Shown: piece after piece, positions 20,855 through 28,919 of the stretch
Layout of the letters: every line of letters starts with the position of its first letter
Numbering within the stretch: the stretch's first letter is position 1
Source of the DNA: Craspedostauros australis
Lineage: Eukaryota
Assembly (NCBI GenBank): GCA_030167865.1
Contig: JALAGF010003077.1
Location: forward strand, 1-35,742
DNA: 35,742 nucleotides
Direction of reading: 5' to 3'
Notes under the pieces: model-generated
Databases searched by the model: none
Seen by the model: only the letters and a program-made list of their open reading frames with translations
Told to the model about the DNA's origin: nothing
Translations under genes and position numbers: made by a program

Positions 20855-23533
20855 TTACATCTCTGCTGTGTTGGTATCCTGCTCTGCTTTGCTGCGATGC
20901 TCGGTCTTGCCACTCAGACAGGCCACTTCGAATGTGTTCATGGTGGGTGCTGCCTCGGTGTTGTTGTTGTGAGGCTCAATGATCTCAGCTTTGCTCTTGC
21001 TGGGCGTCTTCTTCTTCTTGCCTTTCTTCTGTTGTTCAGCCTCCTCGTTGGCTTTGGTGGTCACAATGATTTGCTTCTCCAGCAACGGAATGAGGCTGCT
21101 GGTTGTTGGCAGGTTCGTTTTCAGGCACTGCAGTCCACTGATAGCCATCACCTTGAGCGCATCATTGTACATACCTTTGATGTTGGGCTTGGCATATTTG
21201 AAGTCAGCTGATTTTCCTTTGTTGCCTGTTGCAGCTGGTTTCTTGGTGGTCGTGTTGGATGCCTCATCCTCCTCCAACACGAAGTCCATGTGAGACACAG
21301 TAACGCCAATCTTGTTGCCATCCTTGTCAGTTTCGGTGAACGTTTGTTTCTGCACATTCATGCTCAATCCCTTGCGCTCCGTCACAAATTCGTCACCTCC
21401 TTTCGCAGCACAAATTGCGTAGGCGATCTGATGGTGGCAAACATACGCGCGAGCCACCTTGTCCAGCCCAAATTGCTCCCAACAGGTTCCACAAGCGCCC
21501 CACAACGCATCAGTGGTGAGCATGCGACTCCCGTAGTGCTTACCTTGATGTGCCGATACGTGCTTCGACATTGCTGGGAATATTGCATCGTCTTTCACAT
21601 TCGTGATGGGAGAATTCGATGGTTGAAATTGTAGGTGCCATCCATGACTGTCGAACTCTTGGTTGATGAACCTGAGCAGTTCTGTGTCTCTGTGTGGCCC
21701 TGCGCCATCCATCTGGTACCGAATCACCACGTTCTTGCCCGTTTCGGCCTTGATTTTGCTGGCGAGCGAATCCAGTGCGGGGATTTCTTTTTCGCGGAAG
21801 AAGTTCTTGAGGCTGTATTTCGGCTTGGGCTTATCAGGAGGACCAACTGATTCCTTGCTGCCAGTGATCTCCAGTGGTTGGAAATACAGTTTACCCTTCT
21901 CCCGAGAGATTTTCATGGGATCAGGAAGGTGCTTGTACTTGGTTGGCGAGACCCAAGTTCGCTGGTACGTATTCTTCTGCGCTGGGACCATGCGCCCAAC
22001 ACGTTCAAAGCTGACACGATACGCCTTTCCTCCTCGATCAAAGCGGTTGTCTGTTGGAGCGAACGCTGTTGATGCAATCGCCATGGTCTTTTCAATGTGG
22101 CACTTGTGGTGCACAGCATGGTCAACAGGCTTAACACCCATCTGGGGCACATGTTTGAGATGCTTGCGAGCGACAATAGAGTAGAACCACTTCTCGTCCA
22201 TGTGGACAACAACAACTTGCGTATTCGGGAACAGCTCCGCTGATTCCCAGAACACACAGAAGTCCTTGGCCCACCTGTTGCGCTTCACCTTGATGTCACC
22301 CTTGATCTTGGGGAGCATTGTTGTAGAACAATATTTGCTGCCCTCCAATCCCATCACGTATGTTTGGATGGTTTCTTTGCAGATGCATTGGATGTTGCCG
22401 CTTCCTGCTAGTTCACGTGCAACATCGTCCCACAAGATTGCGCCATTGCATCGTTGCAACACATCCTGGAGCTCAACTTGCAGGAAGGGACCACGCTCCA
22501 ACCATGAATCAGACAGGGATTTTGCGGATGCCAGCTCTTCAGGAGAAGCAGAGGCATAGGCATAAGAGATGTCTTCGGGCAGCAACCGTTGTTGTGGATG
22601 TTTGAGCTGCAGTCGTTTCACAAAGATGGCACGCAGCGTGAAGTATTGCTTTTGCTTCTTGGGGCAGGTGAAGATGGTGCTGCCTGCATCACTGCACTTC
22701 TTCCGTTCCAGCTTGTTCTGTTGGAATTTCTTGATGTTGCTTGCAACAGTGGTGGCACCAATATCCCAAGCGTGGGCGATCAATTTTGTGTTGGCTGGGA
22801 TCCCACCCAAATTGAAGTAGAGAACAATGTAGTTGTGCTTGTTTTGCGTATCAAGTTGTTTCTTTCTATTGGTGGACTTAGTGTTGCTACGCCCTCCATC
22901 CTTTTGTAGCCATCCTTTTGTTGTTGCACCTCTCTTCATCTGCTTGTTGAGACGGGCGATTGCCGTTTCTTTCTGTTGACGTGAGACCTCCAGAAAAGCA
23001 GCGAGTTTGGCTTCTTGCGATTCCGTGGTAGTTGGGGATGGTGTGGGGGGCTTAGCCTTGTTGTTGACACGTGTAACAGCGACGGAGCGATGCTGGGGAG
23101 AAAGGAGGGAAGGCTTAGCAAGGCCACCAGCGTTTGGAGTCCGCGCGAAGGTAGCGAGGCTGTGTGACGTGCACAGATCCTCACGAACAACGTACATTTG
23201 GCTCTGCCCCATCACTGGGGTCACCATGACCATTGCCACCTCTCCTGGTGCAAGAGACCCATTGCGTTTGATCGTAGCGCCTTCAGCAGTCAGCTTCATT
23301 GCAAACTCAACATGACATACACCCAGGTTGTGGACCTTGTCATTCGAGTCGGTGTGAGGTGCCACCTTTACACAATCACCAGCGCGCAGCATGTTTGCAA
23401 GGTGAAGAGTACAGTGATTGCAGGATGATGTGTGCTGTGTTGATGGAGGCTGCAGTTGAGTTGAAAGGCGTGTCGCATCGCACATCAGAATCACGAGGAC
23501 AGCGACACAGCGCATCGCATCACCAGCCATCAA
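20855..23533 (-). CDS. Tc1/mariner-type DDD transposase (plant/oomycete DD39D-like), 892-codon open frame; true start possibly ATG 23392
   Basis: VHMDEKWFY (D1 at 22198), RYQMDGAGPH (D2 at 21709) and FQPSNSPITNVKDDAIFPAM (D3 at 21592) correspond to the DEKWF / QQDNAxPH / QPPNSPDxNVLD motifs. There is no in-frame stop. Confidence 0.88.
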   Translation of the reverse strand: MMAGDAMRCVAVLVILMCDATRLSTQLQPPSTQHTSSCNHCTLHLANMLRAGDCVKVAPHTDSNDKVHNLGVCHVEFAMKLTAEGATIKRNGSLAPGEVAMVMVTPVMGQSQMYVVREDLCTSHSLATFARTPNAGGLAKPSLLSPQHRSVAVTRVNNKAKPPTPSPTTTESQEAKLAAFLEVSRQQKETAIARLNKQMKRGATTKGWLQKDGGRSNTKSTNRKKQLDTQNKHNYIVLYFNLGGIPANTKLIAHAWDIGATTVASNIKKFQQNKLERKKCSDAGSTIFTCPKKQKQYFTLRAIFVKRLQLKHPQQRLLPEDISYAYASASPEELASAKSLSDSWLERGPFLQVELQDVLQRCNGAILWDDVARELAGSGNIQCICKETIQTYVMGLEGSKYCSTTMLPKIKGDIKVKRNRWAKDFCVFWESAELFPNTQVVVVHMDEKWFYSIVARKHLKHVPQMGVKPVDHAVHHKCHIEKTMAIASTAFAPTDNRFDRGGKAYRVSFERVGRMVPAQKNTYQRTWVSPTKYKHLPDPMKISREKGKLYFQPLEITGSKESVGPPDKPKPKYSLKNFFREKEIPALDSLASKIKAETGKNVVIRYQMDGAGPHRDTELLRFINQEFDSHGWHLQFQPSNSPITNVKDDAIFPAMSKHVSAHQGKHYGSRMLTTDALWGACGTCWEQFGLDKVARAYVCHHQIAYAICAAKGGDEFVTERKGLSMNVQKQTFTETDKDGNKIGVTVSHMDFVLEEDEASNTTTKKPAATGNKGKSADFKYAKPNIKGMYNDALKVMAISGLQCLKTNLPTTSSLIPLLEKQIIVTTKANEEAEQQKKGKKKKTPSKSKAEIIEPHNNNTEAAPTMNTFEVACLSGKTEHRSKAEQDTNTAEM

Positions 23534-23699
23534 TGCACAGCACGGCGCAGCGCATCACAGGGGGCATGGGCAACATTGGATGGTCACAAGGTGCATCGTA
23601 TCGTCCACTCTCTCCGATGTGGAGGGTCACAGTCATTGTGCATTGTTGTACAAGCTATAACTACAAGCAGCAGAGAATCAACAGCAGCTCGTCCCAGAT

Positions 23700-24794
23700 G
23701 TGCAGCGTTTCCGTTGTCCACTGTGTGAGGACAGTTTTGATGTTGTGGAATGGAGGCGAAATTCGGGACTCGCAAAGTGTTCGCATTGGTTGCCACATTC
23801 GGTAGAATTGTGGTTAATCTCCATGGCCCCCAACAGCAAAAACTGTTTGAGAACACCAAACACAACACAACAACACGACAATGGAGAAACACAACAAAAC
23901 TCCTCAAGCGCCGTCGAACGGCATCATCGACACTGCGACAACCAGCAGCCCAGTGCAATATCTGAGCATATGGGCGGAACCGCCATGTAAATCTTGGTAG
24001 ATGAGCGAGAGGGGGATGCCATCGTGATTGATTTGGGACCGTGGCAGGCCCACGCGCACATGACACGATTCCGAGGAACATCTGCTCGTTGGATATGGTC
24101 TCTGCCTGGAATGCACAGGCCATCCCAACAACTATTGATGGGCAAGACGCATCCAAGAGGATACGATGAAGATGCACACGAAGTTTGAGGGTCGGGGGTG
24201 GCCTGGAAGGTGCCCTCCGCAAGAAACAAGTGGAGGGCAAGATTTTTTTGGTGGGTGGTGGCGGAACATTACATGACTTCGCTGATGATGGGTGCCATTG
24301 ACAAGTCACCCAGATCGCCAAGCTACCCATTCAAGATGTGTTCAGAATTAACTCAGGGATCGGTTCATGAAGCGCCGGAAAAAACAAAGGTCTGGAAGAG
24401 GCTTCAGCCTGGGATGCACACAAAAGGGATTTTTTGGGGTGTCGGAAAAACTCCATGATGACATCATCACATGGAGGTGTACCTTTGGAGGTATGAGCGC
24501 CCCACCCATTCTGAACACATCAGTGTGTCGCCAGAGAATGTGGTAACGCATGAGGGGCATGTGGAGGAGCTGCAACGATCGTATCGACGAGATACGGATC
24601 CAAATACGAACGGCATCCGTGTCGGAATCGGGTGTTCGAAAATTCTGCGTTTCAGTGCAGGGAGCCTTTGGGATATCCAATGCGCCCAGATTTTTCTGTC
24701 CTTCATGGAGTGGATAGATGGGGGGTATTCGGAGCCAATGTGGTGCGCAGATTGTGAAAATGCCAAGGATGATAATGATGATCATGGGTGCTGA
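23700..24794 (+). pseudogene. Possible decayed second (cargo) gene of the transposon, divergent from the transposase
   Basis: Four consecutive ORFs (23700-23990, 23994-24188, 24198-24458, 24471-24794) share one frame, with only 4 internal stops in ~365 codons. CxxC motifs are present (CLEC in frame +1, CADC in frame +3). The family is not securely recognised. Confidence 0.35.
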
Positions 24795-25049
24795 AGGTAG
24801 GGCAGCATGGTGCCATCGAGAATTTTTCGCACCCACCACCTGACTGACAGCAAGCCAAAACGACATTAAAAATAAAGTTCATACAATTTTAACTTCGATA
24901 TTCAGAATAATCGATAGCCAAGCGTCCGAATGCACTGTCTATTTTTTATTTTAAACGATATGGTGTCGAGATATAACATCATAAGTAGTTGGTTGGATAG
25001 TTTTGGGTGTGCTCTATTTTAGTCTACTTTATCACGACTCATCACGAGT

Positions 25050-25101
25050 AAAACTCCACAACCAGTGCTATCGTGACCCATTCTGCATTTGGTGCAGGTC
25101 G
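25050..25101 (-). repeat. Right terminal inverted repeat of the transposon
   Basis: Reverse complement of 20347-20399, followed by TA. Confidence 0.9.
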
Positions 25102-25354
25102 TACACGCGCTTCAAGTATCGAGCCGGTGGAGCAGCTGACACCAGACACACATCAAACATGTCTCTGGTGTCAACGAGTGGAGAAATCGAAAGAGTAAGG
25201 TGATGCGAAGCCGAATTGGATTGTTTGCCTTGTGGGATCAGGACGATGCTCGTTCGTGGTGGAAAACTGACGAAAAAGCGAAACTTCGCTGTGCAGATTT
25301 CCAAGCAAGGGATGTGTGAGTCAGAATTCGTCTCCTTTGCTGGGGTATCTTGGA

Positions 25355-25425
25355 TGACGTCAGCAAAACAACAACTTCCAGTCATGAGAGACACAATCTT
25401 GATGGTGAATCACGGGTGATGACGT
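25355..25425 (+). promoter_or_regulatory. Two bZIP/aureochrome-type TGACGT boxes upstream of ftsH
   Basis: GATGACGTCA (TGACGTCA at 25355-25362) and GATGACGTG (TGACGT at 25420-25425), 410-480 bp upstream of the ATG. Confidence 0.3.
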
Positions 25426-25835
25426 GCATGCGAACGAGTCACCAAACACATCAACGGCCCAAACCGCCCAAAAGACGACAAATCCAAAAAGGAGGCGCAG
25501 AGAACACGAATGCGTCGCGGTGACATGGTGGATTTCGCTCTGTGCTGGCAAAAGAAGGCGGTGTGATGCGCAACGGTGTGACAGTGCGTCGCGTAGTTTC
25601 GCGCTGATGACGATCCAAACCAGCGCAAAAGCAGAATTGCCTCGACACCAGCCTCAGCCTCAGGTTCACCCGTCAGCAATCAACACACCACACGCACAGG
25701 GTTAGTCACAATCAGTGACAGCGCCTGAATCAGGAAAGACAACGGCAACAACAAGATCACACTCATCGCTTCGCATCGGACATAAAACTACTCTCAACAA
25801 CGAAAACCCCCCACCCACCAAACCCAGCTACCACC

Positions 25836-28186
25836 ATGAAGTTCGCAATCACAGCCGCCATGAGCCTCCTGCTCGCAGAGAGCGCCTCCGCTTTCGCTCC
25901 ATTCACACCCATGACAAGCTACCAGCAGTCGTCGTCCTCATCGTCGTCGTCTGCCGTCTTCATGGCCGCGGACATGCCACCTGCTGCCAACACCAACAGC
26001 AACCTCCCGGTCATCCAGCAGAACCAGTACGGACCAAGCGATGTGCGATACTCCGACTTCCTCAAACTCGTCGACGGCGACCGCATCGAGAAGGTCACCT
26101 TCTCTTCTGACGGAACCCAGCTCCTTGGAGTCGATGTCGATGGTGCCCGTCTCAAGATCGAGGCCCTCCCAAATGACCCAGGTCTCTTGACTCAGCTCAC
26201 CGACCACAAGGTACGAAAGCACGATGGCAGACATGCAGACGCATCAACGTGCGAATCCAAAATTCAGCCTGCGTTAGTCACAAGATTGAAAGATGGATCC
26301 TGTCGCGTACGATTTCATTTGGGGATCTATTGCGTCGGTTCAGCCTGATTGGCATCGAAATGAAATGTGTGCTGGCCAATATGCTTCATTATGCACACAG
26401 CCACAGTACGCACAACTGAGGAACGCCCATCATTAACCAAGCACTCACCCCATTTTTGCCGATTTCCATTAATTACACCAACTACCAACTTCAATTGCGC
26501 CATCGGCAACACCCACAACAACAGGTCGATGTCACTGTCCTCCCAACCCAGGAGGCCGGTGGACTCGGTGAGCTCGCGCAGAGCCTCATCTTCCCAGCAG
26601 CCCTCTTTGCTGGACTCTTCTTCCTCAGCCGACGATCCGGCGGCCAGGCCGGCGGTGGCATGGGCGGAATGGGTGGACAGAACCCAATGGGATTCGGAAA
26701 GAGCAAGGCCGAAATCCAGATGGTCCCAGATACCGGCGTCAGCTTCGATGATGTCGCCGGATGCGACGGTGCCAAGCTCGAGCTCGCGGAGGTCGTCGAC
26801 TTCCTCAAGCAGCCAGAGGCATACACCAAGAACGGATGCCGCATCCCACGTGGTGTCATCCTTGACGGACCACCAGGAACAGGAAAGACCCTCCTCGCCA
26901 AGGCAGTCGCCGGAGAATCCGGTGTCCCATTCATCAGCATCTCAGGATCCGAATTCGTGGAGATGTTCGTCGGAGTTGGAGCCTCCCGTGTCCGTGACAT
27001 TTTCGGGCAGGCCAAGAAGAACGCCCCATGCATCATCTTCATCGATGAGATCGACGCCGTCGGTCGCCAGCGTGGTGCCGGATACGCCGGAGGTAACGAC
27101 GAGCGTGAGCAGACCATCAACCAGATCCTCGTCGAGATGGACGGTTTCGCCGGAAACCCAGGTATCATCACCATCGCCGCCACCAACCGCGTCGACATTT
27201 TGGACCAGGCCCTCTTGCGTCCAGGACGTTTCGATCGCAAGGTCACCGTCGACCTCCCAGACTTCAAGGGCCGCACCCGCATCTTGGGCGTCCACTCCCG
27301 CGGCAAGCCTTTGGAGCCAGATGTCGACCTTGAGGCCGTCTCGCGCCGTACTCCAGGATTCTCCGGAGCCCAGCTTGAGAACCTCATGAACGAGGCCGCC
27401 ATCTCCGCCGCCCGCAAAGCCAAGAGCACCATCGGATGGGAGGAAGTCGATGGAGCCATCGATCGTATCATGGTCGGTCTCGAAAAGAAGGGTGGCAACC
27501 AGGTCGCCAAGCAGAAGGAGCTCGTCGCCTACCACGAGGCCGGACACGCCATCGTCGGTGCCCTCGTGCCAGACTACGATCAGGTCCAGAAGATCACCAT
27601 CATCCCACGATCCAACGGAGCCGGAGGATTGACCTTCTTCGCACCACAGGAGTCTCGCCTCGAGTCCGGCATGTACAGCAAGCAGTATCTCGAGTCCCAG
27701 CTCGCCGTCGCTCTCGGAGGACGTCTGGCGGAGGAGATCATCTACGGTGAGGACATGGTCACCACTGGTGCCTCCAACGACATCCAGCAGGTGGCCAGCA
27801 CCGCCAAGCGCATGGTCAAGGAATGGGGAATGAGCGACAAGGTCGGGCGCGTCGCGCTGGACGAGCCATCCGGCGGAGGTCCATTCATGGGACGCATGAT
27901 GTTGCAGGGCCAGACCAAGTGGGGTGACAAGCTCATGGGAACCGTCGACACCGAGGTCGAGAGACTGGTGAACAACAGCTACATCGTGGCCAAGAAGATC
28001 CTCACTGACAACCGTGAGTTGCTGGAGCACGTGAGCCAGGTCCTTATCGAGCAGGAGGTCGTTTCCGCCGAAGAATTCCAGATGATGTTGGTCCAGTTCA
28101 AGGCGCGGACAATTGACTATGGTGTCATCGGACAGGAGCAGAACCGCGACAAGCTCCCATTCAAGGGCCTCCCAACCGCCGTGTAA
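25836..28186 (+). CDS. ftsH: Plastid ATP-dependent zinc metalloprotease FtsH (type A-like); exons 25836-26210, 26525-28186
   Basis: [22 protein letters not shown] presequence. Phase-0 intron GTACG...CAG. Motifs RYSDFL (lumenal domain), one transmembrane helix, GPPGTGKT (Walker A), IFIDEID (Walker B), [19 protein letters not shown] (second region of homology) and HEAGH. Strong C-ending codon bias suggests high expression. Confidence 0.97.
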
Positions 28187-28919
28187 ACGGTATGAGGATA
28201 TGCTCACCAAACTCTGCAAACCCTACTACGCACCAGTCGAAGCAACAGCCGCATTGACAGTTGACGGCGACGACAACGACGACGACGACGACGACGAAAC
28301 CGAGTTTACGTCCAACCCTCGATGAGGACAGAGACTAATTCGCCACGCCTTCAGAGTACCATAACGAGTAGGGAGGAACAGTTCTATTTTTTTCTTCTTT
28401 TTGAAATCATGAGCTCCACTCTGTTCAGATCTGTGTTGATGACATGTGGGCACGTAGAATGCTGTTGCCGCCAGGGCATCGCCCCCTGTCCACAACCTTC
28501 TGGCTGCGTGTGCCTATTGCATTCAAGCACCCGATCTCCCCAACGCGAAGAGCACTTCATGAACAATTCACATCTTCACAACCCACGAGCAGAGGGCGCC
28601 ACCATCAACGAATAAACAAGCAGCATACGAGTATAATATGCGCGTATTGCACGCATGCACTGGAGTATGTGTGCATATATCGAATAGTCGTTATCCTAGA
28701 ATATATTATAATAGCAGAATAGTCCCATTGGTTTTAGTAGAGTACTAATAGAGCATGAAGACTTGCACCGCTACAATGATCGACGCGCGGATCATCGAAT
28801 GCAAAGCATGGTACTGCCCCCAGTACCATGCTCCACCTGTCCATGTACAGTTGCAGTCACCGTCACAAGCACAATTGCTCCACTCCACTCAAATCCCCCC
28901 TCCTCTACATTCATCCACC

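Larger units (their letters stand above)
20347..25101. mobile_element. Complete Tc1/mariner-superfamily (IS630-Tc1-mariner) DNA transposon, 4,755 bp, TA target-site duplication
   Basis: Left end TA|CTAGCTGCACCAAATGCAGAATGGGGTCACGATAACACTAGTTGTAGAGTTTT. Reverse complement of right end TA|CGACCTGCACCAAATGCAGAATGGG-TCACGATAGCACTGGTTGTGGAGTTTT. TA at 20345-46 and 25102-03. Contains a DDD transposase. Confidence 0.9.

Noticed and set aside
23700-24794. Fanzor/TnpB nuclease as the transposon cargo
   Set aside because: No RuvC motifs (DPG, E, RDxNAAxN) were found in the frames read. The CxxC fragments alone are insufficient.
26367-28219. Long alternative-frame and antisense ORFs over ftsH (340, 339 and 425 aa)
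   Set aside because: These are shadows of the strong codon bias of a highly expressed gene and carry no independent motifs.
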